A stretch of 63,672 bases of DNA, filler included, from Gonapodya sp. JEL0774 (GCA_027604505.1; 55 parts of 55 records of this genome joined end to end with filler, not necessarily neighbours in it), one strand, 5' to 3'. Numbered from the whole stretch's first letter, positions 37,233 to 51,101 are shown. The notes: generated by a model from the sequence alone, not told the origin. Program-made: numbers and translations.

Positions 37233-38290
37233 CGGTCTCTGCTCCGTGTGCGGCTCCGGGTGCGCCGAGCGTCGCGGTCGCGGTCTCGGTCACGGTCTTT
37301 GCGGTCCCTGTCCCGGTCTCTCTCTCTCTCGGACCGGTCCTTGTCCCTCTCCCTCTCTCTCTCCCGTCGCCGCTCACGATCGCCATCCCTTTCCTTCTCC
37401 TTCTCCTTGTCCCTATCGTCCTTGGAATCCCGCCGCCGGTGGTGGTGCTTGTCGTCCTTGTCCTTCTCTCGGTCCCGGTCGCGGTCCCGGTCTTTGCGGT
37501 CCCTGTCGCTGTCTTTACGGTCCCTGTCGCGGTCCCTGTCTTTGCGGTCGCGGTCGCGGTCGCGGTCCCGGTCCTTGTCCTTGCGGTCCCGGTCCCTGTC
37601 TTTGTCACGGTCGCGGTCTCGGTGGTCGTCTCGGGAGGAACGGTGGGCCCGGTCGGTTCTGTCGGTTCTGTCGGTTCTGTCCCTGTCCCTCTCCTTGCCA
37701 TCTTTATCCTTGTCCTTGTCCCTCTCTCTGTCCCTGTCCTTGCCATCTTTCTCCCTGTTCCTATCACGGTCCCGGTCCCTGTCCCTGTCCCTCTCCTTGT
37801 CTCTGTCTAACCTGTCCCGGTGAGGGTGAGATTTGGACGAGTCGCGGGTCTTTGTGGGAGAAGCCGAGTCTGGAGCAGTGGGAGGGGGTACGATTGTGGG
37901 TGGTACGTCAGGATTGGGAGTGGAGGGAGTGGTGAGTGGGAGTGGTGAGAGGGGGTCTTGGGGTGCGGGATGGGTCTGGGTGGTGGAGGTGGAGGAGGAG
38001 ACGGGAAGTGGGACGGTGGAAGGTGGCAGAGCGGGCAAGGCAGGTTGAGGAGGGGCAGGCCGAGCAGTCGTCGCACTCGCTGTAGCACTCGATGCAATAT
38101 CGACTGAGTCCACGTCCATGGGATCTCCTGCCTGGGTGTGGTCTGGCCTGTTCACCTCGCCCGCAGCAGCACGACTCCCGACGATGACCCCACCCCCGTT
38201 TGTCCACCCTCCTGCATCTGCGGTCTTTGCCGAATCCATCCTATCCGCGTCCGCGTCGTCGTCGTCTACGTTGAACAGAGCCTTTCCCGA
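37233..38290 (-). CDS. RD/RE-dipeptide-rich protein (probably splicing-related), internal
   Basis: Pro-rich region, then a long (R/K)D repeat tract ending RTRSRTRSRD. Confidence 0.6.
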
Positions 38291-38390
38291 NNNNNNNNNN
38301 NNNNNNNNNNNNNNNNNNNNNNNNNNNNNNNNNNTTAATTAATTAANNNNNNNNNNNNNNNNNNNNNNNNNNNNNNNNNNNNNNNNNNNN

Positions 38391-39448
<1,058 letters not shown>

Positions 39449-39623
39449 NNNNNNNNNNNNNNNNNNNNNNNNNNNNNNNNNNNNNNNNNNNNTTAATTAA
39501 TTAANNNNNNNNNNNNNNNNNNNNNNNNNNNNNNNNNNNNNNNNNNNNGTGCGGTAAAGCGTCGGTGGCTTATATTTGTCTTAGTTATAGGAAGGAAGTA
39601 ATATTCTGGGGTTTCGTCCCGAT

Positions 39624-40605
39624 ATGCCGATCCACACTGTCACGATCATGAATGCATTCAAAGTGATCGGTAACCAAATTCGGCATGTGTACCATCAGCA
39701 CACTCAGTATTATCGTCTTCGCAAGCGGTACCCGCAGATTTTGATAGCCTCTGCCCGCGCCCGCGCTCGTGGTGCCTGGAACGACATGACTATGAATCAA
39801 CCGTTGCAGCACCCGAACGGCACCAAGATCTACCTAGTTGGAGCAGGTGAGCTGGAACCATGATGTTTTCAGAAATGTTGTACCATCTTATGCTCTCACT
39901 CTTAGGGCATTACTTGCAGGAGAGTGGGGATCGTGTTGTCGAAACAGTGAGCGGAGCTCGATCCCAAGAGCCAAGTAATCTCTTCGTCTCTGGAGCCCCT
40001 CAAACGGATGATCTCGATTTTTCAGATGCGCAACGTGCAGCCTGCAGGTTTGGCGTTGGAGCTCGATCCCGGACGGTGGGGTAAGTGCTCGCGGTGGGCA
40101 CTTCAAAAGCTGCAGACAGTCTCCCTGATTGCATTATTGTGTATGAGTAGCGCGATTGAATATGCTGCGACGGCACCGTGGAAGAATTCCTTGGTATGAA
40201 ATGTCAGCTTTCAATGGACAATACAGGTGAATCCGGGATGTACCGGCCTGTCAAAGTTTGAAAGTTCGAGGCATGTACTCATTGCGCTTGCCTCAATTTA
40301 TTCCAGGAAAATTTTCCGACGAACAGGCTAGTGAGTGTCCGACTGGATGGACCTGCCGGCTGGTTAGTCTAAGCAGATCCTCAGTGCGAAGGATCTCATC
40401 ATAACCTTGCACTTCAAGTCTCCCAACTTCCGAATTCCTTTGGGCACGCGACCTCGCAGATAGAGTGGGAACCCGGCACTTGTGTCTGACGGATATAGAC
40501 ATGGAGGATCTACTCGTTCCAACAATCATGGGGAATGCAACGGCAGAGGATGTTCGTCGGGTAGGACGATTTTACACTACGCGGAGTCCTTTGTTGCTGC
40601 TTTCT
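39624..40605 (+). CDS. TraB/PrgY (TRABD)-family protein, 5' part
   Basis: Spliced KIYLVGA-GH...S...V.ET-MR.VQP..LALELD..R, and later EF..A...A...G......D. Confidence 0.55.
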
Positions 40606-40705
40606 NNNNNNNNNNNNNNNNNNNNNNNNNNNNNNNNNNNNNNNNNNNNTTAATTAATTAANNNNNNNNNNNNNNNNNNNNNNNNNNNNNNNNNNNNNNN
40701 NNNNN

Positions 40706-41761
40706 GATCTGTCACTGAGAACCTTACGTGATAACTTCGTTCCCCAGAATGTTATCTTCAACTTCGTTGGTGGCCTCTTTGATAACCCAGCTTCCATCGT
40801 GAAACTACTCGGGACCACATTGCCTAAAGGGGCACCGTTCTTCTGTGGATGGTTGATATACACATCAACCTACTGTAAGATCGATTGCGATGATCTGTTT
40901 CGCAAGGATATCCCTCAAATTGGCTACTTTATATGCAGTTGCGTGGGAGCTTGGCAGGCCACTCATTTTCATATGGTAGTGAGTGTCTTTTTCCAAATTT
41001 TTGCTATGCAACGAGTGGCACTGGTAAAATACGTTCGCTACAGTCTTCTTCGCCGGAGCTCTGCTAAAACTCCTCGGGATCTCTGGATGCTGGGCAGAGA
41101 AACGGCTGCACTCGACTATGGAATCATAATTCCGTATCATCTTGTTGCACTTGTGATTGTGATTTGCTACAGTGTCATCGCACCAATAATTCTCCTACCC
41201 GCTGTTGCGTACTTTGGGCTTGGCGTGCTCGTGTATAAACATCAATTGCTCTTCGTGTATGTCAAGCAATACGAAGGCTTTGGGAAGCACTGGCCAGCAA
41301 TTTTCGATCACAGTATCATTGGCCTGGTTCTGTTTCAGTTATTGATGGTGAGTTTGGTTTACATTGTGCACACTCCCAAGTTCTGATAGACTGGTGCGGG
41401 CCAAACAAATGCGGCACAGGTTGGAACACTTGCGGTCAAGCTAGCTCCCGTGTATTCACTTTCTGCGGTTCCACTTATTCCCATGACATTGTTGTTCTGG
41501 GAATATTGCCGGTTTGCCTTCAAACGTCGCTCTGAGTTCATCCCTTTTGACAAATTGCGACCAGAAGTTTATCCAGATTTCGTAAATGAGAGCAGCACGG
41601 ATCATCTCGAGGTCCAAGAGGCCAACAATTCTACCGCCCTTCCCGTGAGGAGGCCGGCAGCAGTGAGGACAAACCGGTCTGACGCCTCAGCGAGCACTCG
41701 CAGTTTAGACGAAGGAATGTCTAATCGCGCGAGACCGCGAGACGCCAACGGCACCTGCTTT
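40706..41761 (+). CDS. OSCA/TMEM63/CSC1 calcium-permeable channel, C-terminal TM region
   Basis: LG..LPK...FF, TPRD, YSVIAPIIL, YKHQLLFVY...YE..G..WP and GL.LFQL.M.G. Confidence 0.92.
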
Positions 41762-41980
41762 NNNNNNNNNNNNNNNNNNNNNNNNNNNNNNNNNNNNNNN
41801 NNNNNTTAATTAATTAANNNNNNNNNNNNNNNNNNNNNNNNNNNNNNNNNNNNNNNNNNNNATTAGCGTTATAGTAGTATGGTTCACATGTTTTATCCGT
41901 CTTCATGTGGGAGTGGATTAGGGATGTCCGGCACCGTCCATGTGTGTTCAATCCATGAAAGTTCTTCCAACGCCGAAAGC

Positions 41981-42917
41981 ATGTGCATTGCGCTCCTCTC
42001 TACTCAGAATTCACTGCATCCCTCATATCCACTTGTTCTCTGCTCGAACCGTGATGAGTTTTTCGCGCGTCCCACTGCAAACGGTTCGTCCTTTGGGTCG
42101 GTTGGTTTTCGTTCCGACAAAACCGGGCTTCACGTTGTGTCGATCTCGTAGCGGCCCCTTGGCCGGACGCGCCACATATTCTAGCAGGTCGCGACCTCAA
42201 GGCAGGTGGGACGTGGCTTGGAATTTCGAAGAGGACGGGACGTTGGGCACTGTTGACCAACTATCGGGAGCGAAGGACGCTCGAGGACATAGCTCGACAG
42301 ACCGCCTCGATAACAATTCAGGAGGGACTTAACTCCAAGAAAGATGCTGGATCCGCTGAGGATGACCCAAGCTGTTCTGCAGAGCGTATAGGGCACAGTA
42401 CACGGAAAGCAATATCGCGGGGAGTGATTGTGGAAGAGTTTCTCAGAGAAGACGCAGAGCCCCGCGCTTACTTGGAGTCCTTGGAGGAGCGGGGTGGATT
42501 TTTTGAAGGATTCAACGTTCTTGCGGGTGAAATACTACCAGGGGTCGGGGTAAACACTGGAGATGTCTACTGGTATTCGAACCGATCAAACGCAGATAAC
42601 AGGGTACCCGAGACACAATGGGATGCTGCAACTGGCTTTCGAAAAAAAGAATTCGCGGAACACGCCTCAATGGTGCAGAAAGTGTCGCCTGGTGTTCATG
42701 TCCTTTCCAACGCATTACTGGATACCCCGTGGCCGAAAGTTGTCACAGCGAACCAGGCACTAGGGAAGGAGCTCCAAAAAGTCTTTGGCGCAAGTGCAAC
42801 GCCATTCAGCGAGGATGAATTAGTCGAACGACTTTTCACTATTCTCCGGGATGATCAGCCTCCCCCTGTGCTTCCGGATACAGGAATGTATGTTGCAGTT
42901 CATCCAGTGACCCGTCT
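41981..42917 (+). CDS. TANGO2: TANGO2/NRDE family protein, 5' part
   Basis: MCI..., NRDEFFARPT, GRDL..GGTWLG, LTNYRE, SRG, GFN and LSNA.LDTPWPKV. Confidence 0.93.
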
Positions 42918-43169
42918 NNNNNNNNNNNNNNNNNNNNNNNNNNNNNNNNNNNNNNNNNNNNTTAATTAATTAANNNNNNNNNNNNNNNNNNNNNNNNNNN
43001 NNNNNNNNNNNNNNNNNCTTTTCTTGACCCCGGAACAGGGAGCTATCAGCTCCGTTTATCTGGCGACGTCTAGGGATGTCATGGTGCGTCTTAAGTACAT
43101 CAGTGCTAACGTCAATGCCTTGACATGAGAACACTCGTTGACCATTACGCATATTTTCCTTCATTTAAT

Positions 43170-43354
43170 CGATGGACACAAATGACCGCACCGCTCCTTC
43201 TCAGTCCCAAAACATTCGCGCTAAATTCTTCTGGGACCAGGCACGGCTACCGCTCCCAAAAGAGATCCATCCCAAAGCAGACGATCCCACACTTCAAGAG
43301 AATCTCTGGACGTGGTCGGAAAAACTTTTGGAAGAGAAGTTGAAGAAACAATGA
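43170..43354 (+). CDS. 3' exon of probable short-chain dehydrogenase/reductase
   Basis: A.D..LQ..LW.WSE.L C-terminal pattern of RDH/WWOX-like SDRs. Confidence 0.4.
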
Positions 43355-43477
43355 AATGAACATCTAGAAGAATTCTACATACTTATTAGAGTACCTTATC
43401 TGTGCAATTTATGAGCTTTTCAATTTCACATTTGGTCTCAGACGGGAAGCTTCGAATCAATGAGTGTTCGGGGCCAT

Positions 43478-44073
43478 GTATCTGGCCGATGAATATGGGG
43501 GGGAGGACCAGCTGCTTTCTCCAAAGATGATTTCCACGCGCCCACCTCCACAGCCTCGCACTTCTCGCATACCAGCCCCACCGTTGCTCGCGTCCACGCA
43601 AGTTTCTTCCGTACCGCCCTTCACCTCCCCGTTTGTGGAAGACCCGTTGGAAGAGGAAAAGAGGCTGGCTTGGGACGTTGACCTCGCCGGTTTGACGATC
43701 AAAATTGGCAAGAGACGATCAAGAGCGGACTTACGTGTATTAGTGGAGGGAGATGATGGGGATTCAGCGAAGAATGGGGAGCAACAGAGACCAGGAAGAG
43801 CCAGCGCGAGCGCCGCCGAACACGCACAAGACGGTTCCGAAGGAAAACCGTTCACCGCCGTTCAAAAGAAACTATCAGCATCTGCCTCGCAGCTCAAACG
43901 ACGAAGCTCAGCCGGAGACTGGGGTCGGGATGCTCCGAAGCCTGCTGGAAGTGTGAGTCTGGAGTTGGTCGGACGCCCTCATTCGGCACTTGCGGTAACG
44001 GCATCAACACCAACGAGTGAGTCGGTGAGGGACAGCAATATTGTTCCCTCGAGCACGTCGTCGAGTCGACCAT
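43478..44073 (+). CDS. 5' part of hypothetical disordered protein
   Basis: ORF open to the contig end. Confidence 0.35.
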
Positions 44074-44192
44074 NNNNNNNNNNNNNNNNNNNNNNNNNNN
44101 NNNNNNNNNNNNNNNNNTTAATTAATTAANNNNNNNNNNNNNNNNNNNNNNNNNNNNNNNNNNNNNNNNNNNNCAATTCAACAGTTTCGGAC

Positions 44193-45229
44193 ATGGGAAA
44201 CACGTCCTCTGCTCTCGATGATCTTGCTAGCAACACGAACTGTGAGTCTCATTCTGGCAGTCAGGGGAGGTCCAGCGGGCGTCCGCGGAGCCATGCAAGC
44301 AAACTGCAGGTGGTGTCATCATGATCGAACAGGACTAACGGAGGAGAAGGGAGCCAGCACCTCTCATCGGGAAAAATATTGCGGATTTCATGGTCTAACT
44401 CCATCCCTGACCTTCTGGGTCTCCCGAAACGTTCCTGGTGATTGTGCTTGTTCCGTCAATTCCGCTGCTGCAGTTTGGGCTATGGAGTTCAATCGTAGTC
44501 GAGGAATGGAGCTAAGGACGCGCTGGATAGAAGAGTGAATCCCGTATGGAGGCAGCGAAATTTCGAGCTCTATGAACACCGGTCGTGCCGAAGTGCGGTC
44601 CACGAACTATCCCCCCCATATTCTTTGCCACTAACTGTAGCGCGGTTTTCACATTTCTCTTTACACTTCACACTGCCGGCGATGGGTGATCTTAGTCACT
44701 CCCGAGGAAATCCAGCGGCTGTACAAGCGCTTCATGAAACTGGACAAGGACGGTGATGGTGCTATTGACAGGGAAGAGTTCCTATCACTCCCTCAGATTG
44801 CCAACAATCCCTTGGCCCACCGAATGATTGCCATTTTCGACGAGGATGGTGGCGGGGATGTCGACTTCAAGGAGTTTATTTCTGCGCTGAGCACGTTCAC
44901 GGTGAAGGGCAACAAGGAGGAGAAGCTCAAATGTGAGGCACACAGTTCACGTTGTTTAATGATATACGCGTATTTTTTTGACCTCAAAAGGGTGTTTCTG
45001 TCTCCGTGTTTGGATCACCTTCGCGGTGTGCCATGTCATTTTCCGATCGGCTCACTTGGGCACCGTCCTCCACAAACCGTATGACACAACGTGTTCTGCA
45101 CACTTGCAATCGGACATTGGCTTCTATCAATTTTCGAATCCTTCCGTGACTTTCAGTCGCCTTCAAAGTGTACGACATGGATCGAGACGGTTACATTTCT
45201 AACGGCGAGCTCTTCCTGGTCCTGAAAAT
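44193..45229 (+). CDS. CNB1: Calcineurin B regulatory subunit
   Basis: Exons 44193-44241, 44696-44932 and 45157 onward: MGN (myristoylation), [38 protein letters not shown] and [19 protein letters not shown]. Confidence 0.98.
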
Positions 45230-45329
45230 NNNNNNNNNNNNNNNNNNNNNNNNNNNNNNNNNNNNNNNNNNNNTTAATTAATTAANNNNNNNNNNNNNNN
45301 NNNNNNNNNNNNNNNNNNNNNNNNNNNNN

Positions 45330-46384
45330 GCCTCAACATTATCGTGGAAATGTTCTTGCAAATGGTGATGGAAGTGGTCGGGGTGATGTGCGTGACCATG
45401 TCCGTTCTCGGCAAAGAAATGGCCACCAAATCCAAATCCACCACCAATAAAGTTTGCCAGCAACGGAAAGAGCCCACCCGATTGCTGCTGAGCTCCTGGG
45501 TTCTCACCAGCTCCGTTCGGTGGTTCATCAGAGAACTCTTGTTCATCTCCGCCAGGTTCTTCGTCCTGTCCGTCCATCACCCCAGGGTGACCGAAAAACA
45601 TATCCGAAGAGTTGCGTGGGGTCAAGTCAATAGTGGTGAGATTTTCGTGTATGCGGATGCGGGACGTTGGAGACCGACTCCGAGGTACTCGTGTGGGTCG
45701 GAATGGCGTCTCCAAGTCCTCAAATCTGAGCTCTGAGCTCGGTGGTTCAGTGACAAGTGTTTGCACCGTAACCTCATCCGTTTCACTGTCCTCTTCTTCC
45801 TCTTGGAGCTCCTCTTCCGAAACCTCTGCAAATATGTGCAAGTGTTCGTCGCTGATGCTTCCTAGAAGTCTAGCAATCCCAAATGGATAAGCAGCGAGTT
45901 TTTAAAAGAATCAGCGCACATTCGAGTTCGGAGTCATATTGGTATCGCACGTACCCAAAGTCCATAGACTCGATATCCTCACAATTCTGACAGAAGCTCA
46001 CCCAGTCTTCCATCGAAGGGAACAAAATGGGCATTTGTCGAGGCGCGTTGATGCCTGGGTCATCGGAATCAGAAGCCTCCGGGTGGGAGGGATCGGGCAG
46101 GACGTGCTCCCCACCAATATCTGAATGGACGGGTTGAAAATGGGAGAATCGATCAAGATATCCAGGCATACATACCAAAATACTTGAGATTAGGACAATG
46201 TTTGGAGAAAATGCGGAAAATGTCATTCCAGGCGGCTGTTTCAAAGAGGGATATGTTACCGACAGGCTAGAATAGGCGCAAGTAGAAGAAAACCAGCGTA
46301 CTCGGAATATGCAATCCCTGATCATCTTGTAAGTACAGGTAGTTCAACTTTTTCAAAGGCTTTGGCTCAGTACCTAGTGCCTGC
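45330..46384 (-). CDS. Hypothetical protein with acidic and His-rich tracts (internal)
   Basis: Two open exons linked by a plausible intron. Confidence 0.4.
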
Positions 46385-46484
46385 NNNNNNNNNNNNNNNN
46401 NNNNNNNNNNNNNNNNNNNNNNNNNNNNTTAATTAATTAANNNNNNNNNNNNNNNNNNNNNNNNNNNNNNNNNNNNNNNNNNNN

Positions 46485-47539
46485 TTAGAACGCAAAGACA
46501 TTCTAAAAGTTGGAAGAAACATTGGGCAAGATGCAAAGAAGCTTTTCAATGATTGGGGAGTAGACATACCCCGTAATACATTACTGGATATTGGGCCTTA
46601 TTGTTACAAGAGGGGACTTTCGGTTCGCTCAAACCCTTCACTTCAAGAGCTTGTGGAAGCAGCCTTAGGTTTGCACTTACTAAAACCTCTGGAAGTCAGA
46701 GTCTCAAGCATTTGGGGCCAGAAAAAAGGAAAAATTCCTGACTCCCACCTTGTGTATGCTGCCTGCAATGCAGAGAGCTCTCTAAGAGTTTACTTAGCTG
46801 CAAAGGAAAAGCCAGTCCTCTCAATGCATGAGACCCTTGATAAAGGACCAGATATACTTTTACCTGGTCTCCATGTGCACATTGTTCTAAACTCTGCACT
46901 AGGTAACACAGTCATTGCTTCTGGAGAAGTTGTACAAATAGGGAGTAAAACAACAAGGAGGAATCCAGGGCAGCAATGGGATGATAAGGCCTCTTGGAGA
47001 GTAACAAGCTCCAGAGCAGTTGTTTCTGTGGATACTGTGCTGTCACCAAATGCTGCAGTTCCTTTTCCCTTAACAAACCCAGATCTGAAGACTTTTGGTG
47101 ACTTCCAGATGGCTCACAATCTGCAGCCATTCTCTTTGCTAGTAAATAAAAGGATGCTAGTGGTGAAGGATTCAGCTACAGAGTTGTTTCTAGAGAGTGA
47201 AACTACAAGTCCTCACAGGCCTACTATGCAAGTGGACACACCTCCAAATGAACAATCTTTTCAGGCACCAATAAACAATGCACACCATCGCATTATAAAT
47301 GACATGTACCATGTCTTCCAAAGAACGACAAGGGCTCTTAATGATGACCATGTGTGGTTTCAGGAGTTCATACTGAGATTTCGAGATGCTGTTTTTAAGT
47401 TGAATCCCGGTTACGCAGAAGCAGTTGAAAAGGTTTTGAGGGTTACATATGGTACCACACTCAGTGTGAAGTTCGTATGGTGTTGGACATAATGCCATAA
47501 TTATTTGTATATGGCGCAGACTTGGTCTATGGGACATTT
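46485..47539 (+). mobile_element. Putative DNA-transposon ORF with WRN-like DEDDy 3'-5' exonuclease domain and downstream D-x-x-H motif
   Basis: KVG.NI..D..KL, L..LV...LG..L.K..VR.S.W and YAACNA (ExoIII), then RII.DMYHVFQR...H.....F...FRDAVF; CpG-poor and intronless. Confidence 0.6.
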
Positions 47540-47639
47540 NNNNNNNNNNNNNNNNNNNNNNNNNNNNNNNNNNNNNNNNNNNNTTAATTAATTAANNNNN
47601 NNNNNNNNNNNNNNNNNNNNNNNNNNNNNNNNNNNNNNN

Positions 47640-48693
47640 GCTCCTTCACTCGAGCAAGCCTTTCAATACGGACAATCTTTGCAGATATCTATGTTCAGCT
47701 GGCAAATTGAGAACAACACCACTATTTCCTCACTCCTAAATCAGGCAATAGTTGTGACACACACCTGCATCAGAAACTCTTTCCTGTTTGTTGTTCGAAA
47801 TAGTCGTTTGAGCAACTTGTGATCGCTCTCTGTCTGTTGCGTTGAGTACCCATCTGGAGTGCCGAACTCAGGGATTTCTGAGATAAATCTAGGGAGCGCG
47901 TGCATTTTTACAAAGTTCAGGCGGGTCTGTACCAGGAAAAAATGATGTAACGGGAAGATTGTAGCTGTCAATTTCACATAACTACGTGAACAACTCCAAC
48001 AATTAACACACCTTTGAGAACTCAGCAAATGAGCTTTGCGCAAGTTTGCCGAAACGACTCAGCTCTTCGAATGCTTGCAACATTGATTCCAAGGTGCATG
48101 AGGTTGATGATATGAGCATGTTGAACCGCTCGAAGTGGACCAGCGCCTGTAAGGCCTCTTGGAGAATTGGTGGTGAGTCTGGCTGGCCAAACCATTCGTC
48201 AAGTATGAAGGGCAGAATCTTGATGCATGAGCAGATTTGTTGGAAAGGGGAGGAAATAATAGAAGAAAACAAGACGTGGTTGGACAATGGGAATCCTCGA
48301 ATTCAGAAGACTTGAACTCACCCGAAACATCATGTTGTACTCGTGCCCAGTAAAGAGTGTCCCATTTGACACTCCGTTTGCGAAATGATGCAAGTCTCGG
48401 TGTCTTGGAAGGTTCTTGTACCTGAACATACAGAATGACAATCACATGAGCCAGGGAAAGCTCCGAAGCGTACGCAATGAGATATTCACTCACTTCATAT
48501 CCAGTTGCGCTATTGCACTGGTGCCATAATGATCCACGAGCATTTCCATTGCCATCGGTAGAAGGTGAGACCCTTGAATTCCTGTTTCAATGACGTGGAG
48601 TGTGTCTGGCGCGCACATTTTGAAGCGACACACAAGAGGTCCCAAAGTGTCAAATGCGCTCTGCATAAAGCGGATATTGTCAATAGTGGTGGC
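47640..48693 (-). mobile_element. Plavaka-like transposase fragment with spliceosomal introns
   Basis: PDTLH....G..G.HL, RY..LP....L.HF.NG......TG.EY..M and LNF.KMH.L......I..FGT.DG.ST...E..HK..K......TN. Confidence 0.82.
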
Positions 48694-48793
48694 NNNNNNN
48701 NNNNNNNNNNNNNNNNNNNNNNNNNNNNNNNNNNNNNTTAATTAATTAANNNNNNNNNNNNNNNNNNNNNNNNNNNNNNNNNNNNNNNNNNNN

Positions 48794-49246
48794 TGGTTCC
48801 AGGGTATCGCCATCACCGCTTCGATCCCCCTGTCTAAGTCCTTTAAAGATTCTGATGTATATGCCTTGTTCGCGGAACGATTCGAGGGCGAGCGTTTGGT
48901 CAAGGTTCTTCCAGCAGGTGATGCGCCAGAAGTGAAGCACATCAGCGGAAAACACCACGTAGAGATTGGTGGATTCAAGGTCAGCAAGGACGGCAAAAGG
49001 GTGGTGGTGTGTGCGACCATCGATAACTTGCTCAAAGGTGCCGCAACGCAAGCTATGCAGGTGAATTACAACGTGGATGGACTCCTCTTTGTCGCGAATT
49101 TCCCTGTGGATCTCATTATTGTTGTCTTTCAGAATATCAATATTGCCCTTGGCTTCGACGAGCTTGATGGGATCTTGCTGGCTCCCGAGGCGGAGAAGGA
49201 GCATCCCCATGGAGTGCAAGAAGTCAAGGCCAGCGGTGGTATCTGA
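48794..49246 (+). CDS. ARG5,6: Arg5,6 N-acetylglutamyl-phosphate reductase domain, 3' end
   Basis: WFQGI..T..IPL, H.VEIGGF and [24 protein letters not shown].ALG. Confidence 0.93.
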   Translation, partial: [150 protein letters not shown]

Positions 49247-49947
49247 AGGAAAGGATGATATGTTGCAAATTGGAGAAACGCGATTTAAATGCCATCATAG
49301 ATGTTGGACCGCAAAGGATGTCGCTTGTTAATTAATGTACAGGTTTGTCAACTAATTCTTAGAGTAGACGGAGATTGTCTCGTGGAAAAAATGAATCAAT
49401 GTCAGGAATTCGGTCACTCAGTGACTCATGTATTCGTGTTTTCTGTAAATGCTGAACTCGGACCTTGCAATTGAAAGTGGGACCGACGGTACTACAGCCA
49501 TACAATCGGATCGGTTTATTTGGATGGAACACCTGCGTGTAAACAAACCGCAATATTATGTAAGCTCGCAGTTACGTACTGCATTTGGGAAACCTCTCAG
49601 TCCACACTAAATAGTGGGTTTCAAAGATCGTCCCACTGGCTTTCCAAATGGGTTGTCCGAATGGAAAGGGTTTGATTCGGGAAGCTGATTCAGACGCTTT
49701 CGGGCTGCGGGTTTCAAAGTTTGTGGCCATTACAGGATCCAAGTATACATGGGGTCAGATCACAAGCTCCTGGAAGCAAGTTCCGCTGACCATCAAGACC
49801 AACTTTGCACTCTCCATTGATGTGGTCTTGTGCATTAGGGGCGATTTNNNNNNNNNNNNNNNNNNNNNNNNNNNNNNNNNNNNNNNNNNNNTTAATTAAT
49901 TAANNNNNNNNNNNNNNNNNNNNNNNNNNNNNNNNNNNNNNNNNNNN

Positions 49948-51001
49948 GGGCCTGGTGCAGCCCGCGGGCGCTGATATCGTCGTCCCCAGTCAATGACTTG
50001 ACGACCTCCTCATCAAGCCTCGAAGTTTCACCGACTTCGCTGACAAATACTGCACGCGCGGTACGCAGCTGTGCAAGGACCGGACTAGGAGCCTCTCCAT
50101 CCCGTTTTACATTACCGGCCAGTAGTAGGGAGCTCTTGACAGTCTGCGCATATCCGCCCAACACACATTTCAGTGCATTCACTATGAGCGACTTTCCATT
50201 TGCGCCATCACCGACAAGAAATACAAGCTTCTGCTCACGAGTCGCTCCTCCGAGCATGGTGGACGCGTACGCGAGCATGAATTTTCTCACTGCAGAGTCT
50301 GGAAGGATTTTCGCAAGCACGCTCAGAACTTCAGCGCGACCGGCTGTGTCTCTCATTGCTGTCAGATCGAACTCGTATCCGGTCGATACGGTGACATAGT
50401 CGTCTGCGCGCCCATCGCGAAAGTACGTCGATTCACCGTTTCCAAGCTTCACCAAGTCAACTACCCCGTTGGTAAACGCAAGTAAATCAACTTGTTGGTC
50501 GCGTTTTTCGAGAAACACTCTTCCAGCTTTACTGAAACGCGATTCCATTTGCTCCAAGACGTTTTTCCGGAACGATGTCTTGTCCAGCAAGTTGTACAGC
50601 TCACGGACCCATTTCGCGCGCTGTGCTGCAACTTGGTCTTCTGGAGATTTAGATGCTTCTCGATGGTAGTGAGCATTAGCTGCGTCGTAGAGTGTGTATA
50701 CTCGATTCGACCCAATAGTTTTCTCAACTATCTCGCTGACGTGAACCTGCATCCAGCGGTGTGAAGTCGCCTCGAATGACCACCACTCTGAGCCCACTAA
50801 AGCCACGCCTTCAGGGAAGAGGGCGGTTACGAGGGAAGCCACTCTCGCATGGTTCCCACTGAGTGAATTGAGAAACAAGCGGTTGAGATCGGGATCGTCT
50901 TCAATAAATTGGTGACTTTCCGACTGAAAGACAGTCCAGGTTGCAGATGGTTCGGCAGACATTGTGACGTTGATTTGTTGGTTCACGACCATGAAGTAGT
51001 T
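49948..51001 (-). CDS. D5-like SF3 helicase (NCLDV/phage P4-type primase-helicase), intronless, probable viral origin
   Basis: D5_N motif LLAFTNGVVDL....FRDGR.DDY...STGY; Walker A GDGANGKS (50212-50189); Walker B region RAVFVSE; KSLTGDD.ISARGL. Confidence 0.92.
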
Positions 51002-51101
51002 NNNNNNNNNNNNNNNNNNNNNNNNNNNNNNNNNNNNNNNNNNNNTTAATTAATTAANNNNNNNNNNNNNNNNNNNNNNNNNNNNNNNNNNNNNNNNNNN
51101 N

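Noticed and set aside
37246..37935. Plus-strand ORFs with CPCP/SRSL/VPVA repeats
   Set aside because: These are antisense shadows of the RD-repeat coding tract on the minus strand.
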